Origin: Hydrurus foetidus
Taxonomy: Eukaryota
Direction of reading: 5' to 3'
NCBI GenBank assembly: GCA_900617105.1
Contig: UYFQ01000001.1
Span: forward strand, 3,782,001 to 3,846,000
Length of the DNA stretch: 64,000 nucleotides
A model generated the notes under the pieces. The model worked only from the letters and a program-made list of their open reading frames with translations. It made no database searches and was not told where the DNA came from. This document shows, one piece after another, positions 9,604-18,905 of the stretch; the first letter of the stretch is position 1; each line of letters opens with the position of its first letter. Both the position numbers and the translations under genes were made by a program.

Positions 9604-10488
9604 ATGCTCTGGATCTTTCGATTTTTCTCAATTTGGCCGATGGCAGCGTTGCACGCACTGGGCGGCGCATTAGGCTGGGCAGTTTGGCTTTTGAACCCCG
9701 GTTACCGGGCGCAATTTCGCTCCAACGTGCAGCAGGCAGGGCTCGATTTTTCGCTGGCCAAACCCGCTATTGCCGAGGCGGGACGCTTGGTAGCCGAGCT
9801 GCCCAAACTGTGGTTGCGGCCACACCAGCCGCCTGCTTTGCAAAACCCGCAATTGAACGTCAAGCTGCTGGGCGCAGGCTTGGCAACGCAGGCGTTTGAA
9901 AAAGGCAAAGGCGTGATTTTTTTTGGAGCGCATTGCGGTTGTTTTGAGCTGATGCCGCAGCTGCTGGCCGAAGTTTTCGGCCCCACGCATGGCGACATCA
10001 CCGCGATTTACCGGCCCGCACGCCAGCCGGGTCTGGCCGCGGTTGAATTGGCTAACCGACCGCGGCCTTTTTTGGCGGTGCTGCCGGGCTCGTTAAGCGC
10101 CATCAGGGCAATGCACAAAGCGTTAAAGGCCAATCGGGCAGTGGCGATGTTGACCGACCAAGTGCCGCCTGAAGGCCTGGGCGTGTGGTCGCCGTTTTTT
10201 GGCAAACCGGCCTACACCATGACGCTGGCGGCGCGACTGGCGCTGCAGAGCGGCGCCGCGCTGGTGCCCGTGTTGTGCGACCGGCTGGCCAGAGGTAGTG
10301 GCTACGTTGTCACTGTTTTGCCGCCGCTGGATTTGCTTGAAGGTGCAGCACTGGGCGCTGCAATCCCGAGTGTCGACGCAGTCGTTGCACGCATCAACCA
10401 GTCGGTTGAGGCAATGGTGCGGCGTAACCCCGGGCAATATTTGTGGGGCTACGGTCGCTACAAAAAACCGCGCTCAGGCGCTGCATGA
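9604..10488 (+). CDS. Lipid A biosynthesis acyltransferase (HtrB/LpxL family)
   Basis: H-x-G-x-F-E, LTDQVP, FFGKPA and PGQYLWGYxRYK. Confidence 0.9.
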   Translation: MLWIFRFFSIWPMAALHALGGALGWAVWLLNPGYRAQFRSNVQQAGLDFSLAKPAIAEAGRLVAELPKLWLRPHQPPALQNPQLNVKLLGAGLATQAFEKGKGVIFFGAHCGCFELMPQLLAEVFGPTHGDITAIYRPARQPGLAAVELANRPRPFLAVLPGSLSAIRAMHKALKANRAVAMLTDQVPPEGLGVWSPFFGKPAYTMTLAARLALQSGAALVPVLCDRLARGSGYVVTVLPPLDLLEGAALGAAIPSVDAVVARINQSVEAMVRRNPGQYLWGYGRYKKPRSGAA

Positions 10489-11381
10489 AGCGCTTGCAAC
10501 GAGGGGGCGCAGCTGCGCTGACGTTTGTAGGCATCGCCTTGATGCGCTTGCTGGCGTTTATGCCGCTGCGGGTAGTGCGCGGGCTCGGCGCCATGCTGGG
10601 CTGGGCGCTGTACCTTCTTGTCAGCTCCCGCCGCCGGGTGGTCACGATTAACTTGACGCTATGCTTTAAGGAGCTGTCCGCGCCCGAAATCAGGCGGCTA
10701 ACACAGCAAACCTTCGTGTATTTTGCACAGGCATGGCTAGACCGAAGCTGGGTGTGGCATGCGCCGCGCAGCTGGTTGCTCAGGCGCGTGACCATGACCG
10801 GCGCGGTCGGTGAAATCATCGGCAACGAGCCGACGGTGATGTTCACGCCGCATTTTGTGGGTATGGACGCTGCCTGGGCGGGCATGGTGCTGCGCCAGCC
10901 GCGCCAGTCAGTGACGATTTACACCGACCAATCAAACAAGCAGGTTGACAGCTGGATTTTAAAAGGCCGAAGCCGCTGGGGATTCATGCGTTTGCTGGGG
11001 CGGGCCAGCGGCGTCAAACCCGTGATTGCAGCGGTTCGCGCGGGCGAGCCGCTGTACCTGCTGCCCGACATGGACTTTGGCCCGGTCGACTCAATATTTG
11101 TTCCGTTTTACGGTGTGCCAACGGCCACCGTGCCGTCACTTTCGCGGTTCGCCAGATTGGGCCGAGCCAAGGTGGTGCCAGCCGTGGTGACCATGACCCG
11201 TTCGGGTTATGAGTTGCGCATTCATACCGCATGGCCCCATTTTCCGACCGACGATATAGCTGCCGACACGGCCTTGATGAATCGCCATTTGGAAAGCTAT
11301 ATCAACCAAAACCCGGCGCAGTACTACTGGGTACACAAACGGTTTAAAACCCGGCCACTGGGCGAGCCTGAAGTGTATTGA
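10485..11381 (+). CDS. Second lipid A acyltransferase (HtrB/LpxL family)
   Basis: PHFVGMD, LPDMDFG and PAQYYWVHKRFKTRP; ATGA overlap with previous gene. Confidence 0.9.
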   Translation: MKRLQRGGAAALTFVGIALMRLLAFMPLRVVRGLGAMLGWALYLLVSSRRRVVTINLTLCFKELSAPEIRRLTQQTFVYFAQAWLDRSWVWHAPRSWLLRRVTMTGAVGEIIGNEPTVMFTPHFVGMDAAWAGMVLRQPRQSVTIYTDQSNKQVDSWILKGRSRWGFMRLLGRASGVKPVIAAVRAGEPLYLLPDMDFGPVDSIFVPFYGVPTATVPSLSRFARLGRAKVVPAVVTMTRSGYELRIHTAWPHFPTDDIAADTALMNRHLESYINQNPAQYYWVHKRFKTRPLGEPEVY

Positions 11382-11393
11382 CAGTTACTGCGG

Positions 11394-12068
11394 CTAGGCC
11401 TCAATCGTCGCCAGCACCGCGCGCAGTTGCGCAGGTTTCACGCCATACATATCTGCAAACTCGGCCTCGGTTTTGCCGCTGGCTTGGTACGCTTTGACCA
11501 ATGCCTCGCGCCTGGCGGCTTCGAGTTTTAATTCGCTTAAAGCGGCGTCCAGCACGCCGTTGGCTTGCTCGTCTGCCACGCGCATACGCTCGGCGTAGTC
11601 TTCCAAACTTAGCCCTGACGTCTCAATGGCCTGCATCAAGCGCAGTTGCAGCTTGGGGTTCAAGTCATCGCGGCTGCGTGCCTGGCGGCGCTTGAACACT
11701 TCAACAATAGCGTGGTGAATGTGCTCGGGTGCGACTGCCTCAACCGCGTTGCCGTCCAGGTCGTGCCGCGGTAGGCCAGCGGCCACGCATTCGAGGTAGC
11801 GTGTAGAGCGCGCGTGCTGGCCCATGGCGATTTTCAGGTCGGCTTTGATAAAGTCGGTTGGGTGGCGTGCCAACAGCTCTTGGAAAACACCCAATTTGAG
11901 CGGCAAAAAGTGCGCACCAAACAGCTTGGGGTACAGCTCAAACAATTTTTCCAGTACGGGGCTGGGCACGCGGCGCTGATTTTTTTGCTGGGGCGTTTCC
12001 ACTGCTTTTTTCGGCGGCTGGTTGGCTGCGTTGTTTGGCTGAGGCGTTGTGTCTTGTGGGTCGGTCAT
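11394..12068 (-). CDS. ProQ/FinO-domain RNA-binding protein
   Basis: PLKLGV...STRYL...RHDLDG motifs. Confidence 0.85.
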   Translation of the reverse strand: MTDPQDTTPQPNNAANQPPKKAVETPQQKNQRRVPSPVLEKLFELYPKLFGAHFLPLKLGVFQELLARHPTDFIKADLKIAMGQHARSTRYLECVAAGLPRHDLDGNAVEAVAPEHIHHAIVEVFKRRQARSRDDLNPKLQLRLMQAIETSGLSLEDYAERMRVADEQANGVLDAALSELKLEAARREALVKAYQASGKTEAEFADMYGVKPAQLRAVLATIEA

Positions 12069-12079
12069 GGGGCGTTGGC

Positions 12080-13729
12080 TTAATTGATGGCTCGGGGCAT
12101 TATCGCGGTCATGCTGCGGGTCATGTCTCGAGCGACCGCTTCAGCGACTTCAATGCCGTCGACCCCGGCCGACAAAATGCCGCCCGCGTAACTGGCCCCT
12201 TCACCCGCGGGGTACAGGCCCTTAACGTTCAGGCTTTGAAAATTGTCGCCGCGAGTGATTTTGACCGGCGACGAGGTGCGGGTTTCAACGCCGGTCAACA
12301 CTGCGTCATGCATGTCAAAACCGCGAATTTTTTTGCCGAACACGGGCAGCGCCTCTCGCATGGCGGCAATCGCGTAGGCGGGCAGGGCGCTGTGCAAATC
12401 GCCCAGCAACACGCCGGGTTTGTAAGACGGCTCTACGCTGCCGAGTTGGGTCGACGATTTGCCTGCAATAAAGTCGCCGACCAACTGGCCGGGTGCCTGG
12501 TAGTTGCTGCCGCCCAGCGTGTAGGCATGCGATTCAAGCGCGCGTTGAAATGCAAACCCGGCCAATGGGCTGCCCGGGTAGTCAGCGGGCGTAATGCCCA
12601 CCACAATCCCTGCATTGGCATTGCGCTCATTGCGCGAATACTGGCTCATGCCGTTGGTAACCACGCGGCCTGGCTCAGACGTGGCCGCCACCACCGTGCC
12701 GCCTGGGCACATGCAAAAGCTGTAAACGCTGCGGCCATTGGTGGCGTGGTGCACCAGCTTGTAGTCTGCCGCGCCCAGCAGTGGGTGGCCCGCGTGCTGG
12801 CCCAGGCGCGAACGGTCAATCACGCCCTGCGGGTGCTCAATGCGAAAGCCGATTGAAAACGGCTTGGCCTCCATGAACACGCCGCGTTCGTGCAGCATGG
12901 CCACCGTGTCGCGCGAGCTGTGGCCTAGCGCCAGCACGACGTGGTCGGCGCGTATCTCGTGCTGAGTGTTGTCGTTGAGGTTTTGTACTGTCAAGCCGCG
13001 AATGTGGCCACCATCAATCAACACATCACTCACGCGTTGTTCAAACCGCACCTCACCGCCCAGCGCAATGATTTGCTCGCGCATGTGTTCCACCACCTTG
13101 ACCAGCTTGAAGGTGCCAATGTGCGGCTTGCTGACCAGCAAAATCTCTTCGGGTGCGCCTGCTTTCACAAACTCCATCATCACCTTGCGGCCCAGGTGGC
13201 GCGGGTCTTTGATCTGGCTCCACAGCTTGCCGTCTGAAAATGTGCCCGCCCCGCCTTCACCAAACTGCACGTTTGACTCAGGGTTCAATGTGCTTTTGCG
13301 CCACAAGCCCCAGGTGTCTTGCGTGCGCTCGCGTACTTTTTTGCCTCGCTCCAGCACGATGGGTTTGAACCCCATTTGCGCCAGCAGCAGTGCTGCAAAA
13401 ATACCGCAGGGGCCAAAGCCGACGACGACCGGGCGCAGTGCGGGCGCTTCGTTCAGCTGCACAACCGGGTGATAGTTTTGGTCAGGCGTTGGGCGGATGT
13501 GCGGATGCGCTTCAAACTGCTTGAGCAGCTTTTCTTCAAGCCTCGGAGCCACCTGCACATCACAGATGTAAACCAACAGCAGGTTTTTCATGCGCGCGTC
13601 GTAGCTGCGTTTGTAGATGGTGTGACTGACCAGATCGGCGTGCGCAATGCCTAGCGTTTGGGCAATCAGCGAGGGCAGCTCGTGTTCGTCGTGGTCAAGC
13701 GGCAGCTTGAGTTCAGTGATGCGGATCAT
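12080..13729 (-). CDS. FAD-dependent oxidoreductase (COG2509-type)
   Basis: GFGPCG, FGEGGAGTFSDGKL, FCMCPGG, GVETRTSSP and GEGASYAGGI. Confidence 0.9.
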   Translation of the reverse strand: MIRITELKLPLDHDEHELPSLIAQTLGIAHADLVSHTIYKRSYDARMKNLLLVYICDVQVAPRLEEKLLKQFEAHPHIRPTPDQNYHPVVQLNEAPALRPVVVGFGPCGIFAALLLAQMGFKPIVLERGKKVRERTQDTWGLWRKSTLNPESNVQFGEGGAGTFSDGKLWSQIKDPRHLGRKVMMEFVKAGAPEEILLVSKPHIGTFKLVKVVEHMREQIIALGGEVRFEQRVSDVLIDGGHIRGLTVQNLNDNTQHEIRADHVVLALGHSSRDTVAMLHERGVFMEAKPFSIGFRIEHPQGVIDRSRLGQHAGHPLLGAADYKLVHHATNGRSVYSFCMCPGGTVVAATSEPGRVVTNGMSQYSRNERNANAGIVVGITPADYPGSPLAGFAFQRALESHAYTLGGSNYQAPGQLVGDFIAGKSSTQLGSVEPSYKPGVLLGDLHSALPAYAIAAMREALPVFGKKIRGFDMHDAVLTGVETRTSSPVKITRGDNFQSLNVKGLYPAGEGASYAGGILSAGVDGIEVAEAVARDMTRSMTAIMPRAIN

Positions 13730-13789
13730 GTCAGCTTTCGTGGATCTGTTTTTCGGATCAGAACACCATTTTAAGACTAGATTTCAAGT

Positions 13790-13825
13790 TTGACGTCATT
13801 GCTGTCATTGACTACAATGAAAGCG
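13790..13825 (+). promoter_or_regulatory. sigma70 promoter of the TA operon with overlapping palindromic operator
   Basis: TTGACG-N17-TACAAT; palindrome TCATTG-ACTA-CAATGA at 13805-13820. Confidence 0.75.
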
Positions 13826-13845
13826 ATCACTTTTTGGAGCTCATC

Positions 13846-14106
13846 ATGTCCGTCCTCACCGTTCGAAACCTCGACCCTGATGTCAAAACCAAGCTGCGCG
13901 TGCGTGCTGCAGAGCAGGGCATTGCAATGGAGGAGGCGGTGCGCCGTATTTTGACCAAGGCCGCCAATGAGGCCATTGAGCCGCCGCTAACCAAAAACGA
14001 TTTGGGCAGCCGCATACAAGCACGATTTGCGGGGCTAGGCGAGATACCTATCGCACCGCGCAGCCCAATGCGTGCGTCGCCCTTTGAGCAAATTGACGTG
14101 GTTTGA
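13846..14106 (+). CDS. FitA-like ribbon-helix-helix antitoxin
   Basis: MSVLTVRNLDPDVKTKLRVRAA...MEEAVRRIL; GGAG SD; precedes a PIN toxin. Confidence 0.85.
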   Translation: MSVLTVRNLDPDVKTKLRVRAAEQGIAMEEAVRRILTKAANEAIEPPLTKNDLGSRIQARFAGLGEIPIAPRSPMRASPFEQIDVV

Positions 14107-14128
14107 TCGGTCTCAAAGTTAGTCCCCG

Positions 14129-14548
14129 ATGTACTTGATTGATACAAACGTCATCTCTGAACTGACCAAACCCGCGCCGAATCCTGCCGTTATTGACTGG
14201 TTTTCAAACACATCAGTACAAAGCGTTTACATAAGCGCTGTAACGCTGTGTGAAATGCAACGCGGATTGGCGCTGATGCCTGCGGGCAAGCGCAAGAACG
14301 CTCTAAAAATTGCGACTGATGCTGTGATTCAAGAAGATTTTGCCCAGCGGTGTTTGAGTCTGGATGCGCGGTGCGCTCCGGTGTATGGCTCTGTTGCAGC
14401 CAGTCAACAGCGACAAGGCCGCGCTTGCAGCGCCGAAGACGCGATGATTGCCGCAGTAGCATTGGCGAATCAACTGACCCTTGTCACACGCAATACAAAA
14501 GACTTCGATGGTATTTCGGGCTTGGTGTTATTGAACCCTTGGCTTTAA
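14129..14548 (+). CDS. vapC: VapC/FitB PIN-domain toxin
   Basis: YLIDTNVISE, DAMIAAVA and LVTRNTKDF. Confidence 0.92.
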   Translation: MYLIDTNVISELTKPAPNPAVIDWFSNTSVQSVYISAVTLCEMQRGLALMPAGKRKNALKIATDAVIQEDFAQRCLSLDARCAPVYGSVAASQQRQGRACSAEDAMIAAVALANQLTLVTRNTKDFDGISGLVLLNPWL

Positions 14549-14568
14549 AACCCGCCGATAATCAGGCT

Positions 14569-14951
14569 GTGAAGCACGCCAGACCGCCGCTGGTGCATAG
14601 CTGAAAAGCCGACGCGCAAGCATCGGGGGGAAACCCCGCACTGGAGGAACGTCCGGACTGCACAGGACAGCGTAGGAGGTAACACCTCTCCACCGTGAGG
14701 TGAGGATCAGAGCAACAGAGACGAGTCGGCTTGGGGCAACCGAAAGGAAGTTCTGAGCCGGGTGAAACGGGCAATCTCTACGCGCAGCAACACCAAATAG
14801 GCCAACATTGAAGCGGTTCGCTGAGTTGGCGGGTAGGTGGCACCGAGCCGGGTAGGCGACTCCCGGCCCAGATTAATGGCGGTCACACTGTGCTTTTTTG
14901 TTTCGGCAAGAAGGTTCAGCGCACAAAATCCGGCTTATCGGCGAGCTTCAC
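14569..14951 (+). ncRNA. rnpB: RNase P RNA (type A)
   Basis: GAGGAACGTCCGGACT, AGAGCAACAGAGA, GGTGAAACGG and ACAAAATCCGGCTTAT; 5' GTGAAGC pairs with 3' GCTTCAC. Confidence 0.96.
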
Positions 14952-14978
14952 ACTTTTAACTTTTTAAGCCACCCGCCT

Positions 14979-15167
14979 GTGCCCCAACCCGCTCGTTCCC
15001 GCGTCAAAGTCTGCGAAAACTGCCAGCTGGCAAGCAGTACGCTGTACCGCGTGGTGGCGGATTCGGCGGGTGCCTGGAAACTGCTTTGCCCCACCTGTCG
15101 GGCCACCGTTGAAACAATGCCCTCTTACCGCTATGGCGGAACGTGGAAGGCCGACAAGCGGCATTGA
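14979..15167 (+). CDS. Small putative zinc-binding protein, ~62 aa
   Basis: CENC...LYRV...CPTC...YRYGGTWK; GTG start inferred because the longer ORF overlaps rnpB. Confidence 0.6.
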   Translation: MPQPARSRVKVCENCQLASSTLYRVVADSAGAWKLLCPTCRATVETMPSYRYGGTWKADKRH

Positions 15168-15175
15168 GTCTGTTG

Positions 15176-16843
15176 TCAAGCGCTCTGAATCCGCTCCACA
15201 TGCGCCAGCAAAGACCGCTTGGCCACGGGCCAGATGCGCTCATCTACATCGTCATAAGCCAGCGGCACCCAGTCGTCCAGCGTGCCGTTTGGCATGGCTT
15301 GCATCACGGTCATGATTTTGGCTTCGCGTTTCAAGCGGTGCGCTTTGAGCTGGGCAATGGCTGTTTTGGCCTGGCCGATAACGTAGCCGTGAGCGGGCAG
15401 GATGAAGTCGATGTTGTGTTCATCGCAGGCCGCGCTCAATACATCGAGTGAATCCAGGTAGGCGTTCATGTTGCCGTCGGGCGGGTTGATCACCGTGGTG
15501 CTGCCGTTGAGTATGTGGTCGCCGCTGAACAGCAGGCCGTCTTCCAGCAGCACCAGGCAAAGGTGATTGGCGGCATGGCCGGGCGTGTAAATTACCTTCA
15601 AAGTATGGCTATTTTGGTCATTTTTACAAGTTAAATTGGCCTCTGGCCCAATTGATACGGGCGCGAGCAGCTCATTATTTAATAGCAATTTATCAGGCGT
15701 GAAGACGCTGTCTGCGCGGGAGGTGGCGGCTGATGGCAGGCCCGCGATATGGGGCGTTGGTTTGCCCGCTTCTGTGCAAAGCGCTTGCAGCGGCCTGGCA
15801 CCCGGCGAATGATCGGGGTGCGAATGGGTGCAGATGATCAGGCGAATATCGCCACCTGCCGCGTCATACAACCGCTGCAAGTGGTCAACATCAGCTGGGC
15901 CAGGGTCAATCACTGTAAAACCCGACGCTGCATCGCCCACCACGTAACTGTTCGTACCCGGCCCGGTCATCACGCCGGGGTTGGGCGCAGTCAGGCGCAT
16001 GACGTTTTTAAGCAGCTTGACGGGCGCATCAGTTTGCCAGTCAAGCGTATGCACAATTTGCCCGTCCGGACTTAGCAGCTCCAGCTCGCCATAGGGCGGC
16101 TCATGCTCCATGTAGCGGGCTTCTTTGCCGGCTAAAAAGCCCGCGCGTGGGCAAGATGTCCACAGTGGTTGTTCGCTCGCGCAGGCCTGTAAAACGGAAT
16201 CGACTGTGGCGTAGTGTTGCAACCGCTCCAGCGTGCGAATGGTCGGAAAAATGATGAAAAATTTGCCCGCTGCATGCCGCGCCAGCGCATCAGCAGGGCG
16301 TATCCATTCGGGCTCAAACTGCTCGGCTTCGTCAGCCACCGGCTCTTGGCCTTCTGGCATGCGGGCAACTAAAAAAGGCACGTCAAAACGGCGCGGCAAA
16401 TCGCGGTCAGTCACCCAATGGGCCAGCACAAACACGTCGGCGCCCGCCAGGGTTAAACCGCGGGCCCGGCACTGTGCAGCAAAGGGCGCTTTACGGTCGA
16501 GCGCAGCGATGTCGGCTGTATTCACATGACTGCCATCTGCATGCTTGGCCAGCAGCACGCCTAGTTCTTCAAAACTCTCGCGAATGGCGGCGATTGCCTG
16601 CGTCAGGTGTAAATCAGTTTGGCTTGCGCGGCGGGTTGATTGCCCATGCGCAGCAGCATCAAGCGCATCAATACCGCCGCCCGGAAAAACATAAGCGCCA
16701 GGGGCAAAACTGGCCGTCATGGATCGGCGCGTCATCAGCACTTCGATGCCTTGATGGGTGTCGCGCAGAAGCAAAACCGTCGCCGCATTTCGAAGCAATG
16801 CGGGTTCACGCTGAGGCGTTAAAAGCTGATTTTGTCTTACCAT
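15176..16843 (-). CDS. Nudix hydrolase-metallo-beta-lactamase fusion protein
   Basis: VFPGG...AAIRESFEELG (Nudix); THSHPDH, TPGH, SGDH and PAHG (MBL). Confidence 0.9.
   Translation of the reverse strand: MVRQNQLLTPQREPALLRNAATVLLLRDTHQGIEVLMTRRSMTASFAPGAYVFPGGGIDALDAAAHGQSTRRASQTDLHLTQAIAAIRESFEELGVLLAKHADGSHVNTADIAALDRKAPFAAQCRARGLTLAGADVFVLAHWVTDRDLPRRFDVPFLVARMPEGQEPVADEAEQFEPEWIRPADALARHAAGKFFIIFPTIRTLERLQHYATVDSVLQACASEQPLWTSCPRAGFLAGKEARYMEHEPPYGELELLSPDGQIVHTLDWQTDAPVKLLKNVMRLTAPNPGVMTGPGTNSYVVGDAASGFTVIDPGPADVDHLQRLYDAAGGDIRLIICTHSHPDHSPGARPLQALCTEAGKPTPHIAGLPSAATSRADSVFTPDKLLLNNELLAPVSIGPEANLTCKNDQNSHTLKVIYTPGHAANHLCLVLLEDGLLFSGDHILNGSTTVINPPDGNMNAYLDSLDVLSAACDEHNIDFILPAHGYVIGQAKTAIAQLKAHRLKREAKIMTVMQAMPNGTLDDWVPLAYDDVDERIWPVAKRSLLAHVERIQSA
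15632..15687 (+). repeat. Dispersed ~55-bp element, copy 3, inside the Nudix-MBL CDS
   Basis: taaattggcctctggcccaattgatacgggcgcgagcagctcattatttaatagca. Confidence 0.9.
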
Positions 16844-16869
16844 CAAAGCATTACAACACGGAGATTTCG

Positions 16870-17841
16870 ATGAACTCCAAGCGCAGTTTGGTTTTGGGTT
16901 TGCTGGCTAGTTTTGCTTGCGGGGCGATGGCTCAAACCACGCCTGCCTGGCCCGCACGCGGGCCCATCAAGCTGGTGGCAGTGTTCCCGCCGGGCGGCTC
17001 GGTTGACCAGGTGGCCCGCATTTTGGCGGTACCCCTACAAGCTGCGTTGGGCCAAACCGTGATTGTTGAAAACAAGGGCGGTGCGTCCGGCTCCATTGGG
17101 GCCGCGGCTGTTGCTGCCAGCCCGGCAGACGGCTACACGTTTGCAGTGGTGTTCGACACGCACGGCGTGAACCCGGCGCTGATTCTCAACCTGCCATTCG
17201 ACAGCAAAAAAGACCTAGCCCCCGTGGTTTTGGTCGGCACATCACCGATGGTGCTGGCAACTTTTTCGGGCAGTGACTACAAAACCTTTGCCGACGTGGT
17301 GGCAGCCGCCAAAGCCAAAAAACCCGTCAGTTACGGCAGCATTGGCTCCGGCAGCCTGGGCCATGTGGCGATGACGCTTCTCGGCAAGAATGGCGGCATT
17401 GAATGGGCGCACATTCCGTACAAAGGCGGCGGCCCGCTGATGAACGACGCCGTTGCAGGCCACGTGCCATTGTCAATTGGCTCGGTGTTTGTGACCAAGC
17501 CGCATATCGACAGCGGCCGCCTGCGCCCCTTGTTTGTGACCAGCACCAAGCGCAGCCCTGATTTGCCGAACGTGCCAACCGTAGCGGAAAGCGGCTACCC
17601 CGGTTTTGAAGCGCCCGCCTGGTGGGCCGTGCTAGCACCAGCCAAAACGCCGCCTGACATTTTGAAGCGCATGAACGAAGCGCTGAACAGCGCGTTGAAA
17701 AACCCGGAAATTTCTAAAAAGCTTGACGCCCAAGGCATTGACGTAGTCGGCGGCAGCGCAGAGGTTGCTAGAGTGTTCATGGACAAGCAAACGGACATTT
17801 GGGCCAAGGTGGTTAAAGACAACGGGATCAAGGCGGATTGA
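16870..17841 (+). CDS. Bug/TctC substrate-binding protein
   Basis: FPPGGSVD, YGSIGSGS and HIPYKGGGP; ATG after GGAG. Confidence 0.93.
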   Translation: MNSKRSLVLGLLASFACGAMAQTTPAWPARGPIKLVAVFPPGGSVDQVARILAVPLQAALGQTVIVENKGGASGSIGAAAVAASPADGYTFAVVFDTHGVNPALILNLPFDSKKDLAPVVLVGTSPMVLATFSGSDYKTFADVVAAAKAKKPVSYGSIGSGSLGHVAMTLLGKNGGIEWAHIPYKGGGPLMNDAVAGHVPLSIGSVFVTKPHIDSGRLRPLFVTSTKRSPDLPNVPTVAESGYPGFEAPAWWAVLAPAKTPPDILKRMNEALNSALKNPEISKKLDAQGIDVVGGSAEVARVFMDKQTDIWAKVVKDNGIKAD

Positions 17842-17860
17842 TCGCTCGATGGAGCCGCCG

Positions 17861-17888
17861 AAAAAAGGGGCCTGCAGGTCCCTTTTTT
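17861..17888. terminator. Bidirectional intrinsic terminator
   Basis: AAAAAAGGGGCC-TGCA-GGTCCCTTTTTT. Confidence 0.8.
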
Positions 17889-18137
17889 GTTTCAACGCGG
17901 GATTGGGGAGCACTCGTGGTGAGTGATTTTCTTGCTGTTGGATAAAGAGCGAGAGAATGCGGCTCTGTCAGGCTGCTACCGACGACAAAGCGGAATTTCA
18001 GGAGTTTAAGTCGACTGCCCTAAAGCCGAGATTGACTTGAAGTTGTAGTACCGTAGTTCGCCAGCGCACAAATTAGCTGCCTTAATTCTGCACCCGTCGG
18101 ATTTCACGGCTCGATTTGGGGGGATGTTGACCGCAAT

Positions 18138-18884
18138 TCAATCGAACTGAAGTCCGCCGTTGAGGTCAAGCACCTCCCCTGTAATAAAACCGCTCAATGG
18201 GTGCGCAAGAAAGAGCACACAATGCGCGAACTCTTCCAATTCGCAGAAGCGGCCAACTGGAATCATCCGGAGCAGTTCGACTTGACGTTCCGCACTCATT
18301 TGTTCAGTCACCATTTGTGTCTTGACAAACGCAGGAGCCAACGCGTTGCACGTCACGCCAAACGCTGCGTATTCACGGGCAAAGCTGAATGTCAGAGAAA
18401 TAACGCCACCCTTGCTGGCGGCATAGGCTGGCAGAGGCGACATTCCGCCAGTCTTGGCGCCAAAAGACGCGACATTGACAATGCGACCGAAGCCGCGGGT
18501 TTTCATCCCACCCACGACACGTTGCGTCACAAAAAAGACGCCATCCAGATTGATGCGCATGGTTTTGTGCCATAACTCAGGGGTCGTCTCCTCGCAATTG
18601 GCGTAGCTCAAGAACCCGGCATTGTTGACGCACACATCAATACGTCCAAATTCGGCCTCAATGGCCGTGCATGCGGTATCGATCTGTACCCGGTCGCTCA
18701 CGTCCATGATGAAGCAAGCCAAACGATCACCATAAGCCGCCATCTGCTGAGCGACCTGTGCTGTTTGCAAGTCGGTCGCCGCAACTCGATAGCCAGCTTC
18801 GAGAAGTGCCTGCACGGTGGCCAGCCCCATGCCTGAGTTGGCACCCGTTACGAGGGCGACCTGGTCTTTAATTTGGGGTTTCAT
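18138..18884 (-). CDS. SDR-family oxidoreductase (FabG-like)
   Basis: TGANSGMG, NNAG and YAASK. Confidence 0.92.
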   Translation of the reverse strand: MKPQIKDQVALVTGANSGMGLATVQALLEAGYRVAATDLQTAQVAQQMAAYGDRLACFIMDVSDRVQIDTACTAIEAEFGRIDVCVNNAGFLSYANCEETTPELWHKTMRINLDGVFFVTQRVVGGMKTRGFGRIVNVASFGAKTGGMSPLPAYAASKGGVISLTFSFAREYAAFGVTCNALAPAFVKTQMVTEQMSAERQVELLRMIPVGRFCELEEFAHCVLFLAHPLSGFITGEVLDLNGGLQFD

Positions 18885-18905
18885 TGTTTTTGTCTGGTGT
18901 AACTT

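Noticed and set aside
9848..9900. Partial resemblance to the element inside the first lipid A acyltransferase
   Set aside because: Only one half is similar (about 14 of 22 nt); could be chance
16474..16869. Upstream extensions of ORF-track calls (Bug 16474, rlmI 36266, ddl 55373, murD 50160)
   Set aside because: They overlap neighbouring genes; downstream ATGs fit family N-termini better
1261..17843. Identical 17-mer atcaaggcggattgatc at 1261 and 17827 as possible att sites
   Set aside because: Both encode the IKAD-stop ending of paralogous Bug genes, and core genes lie between them
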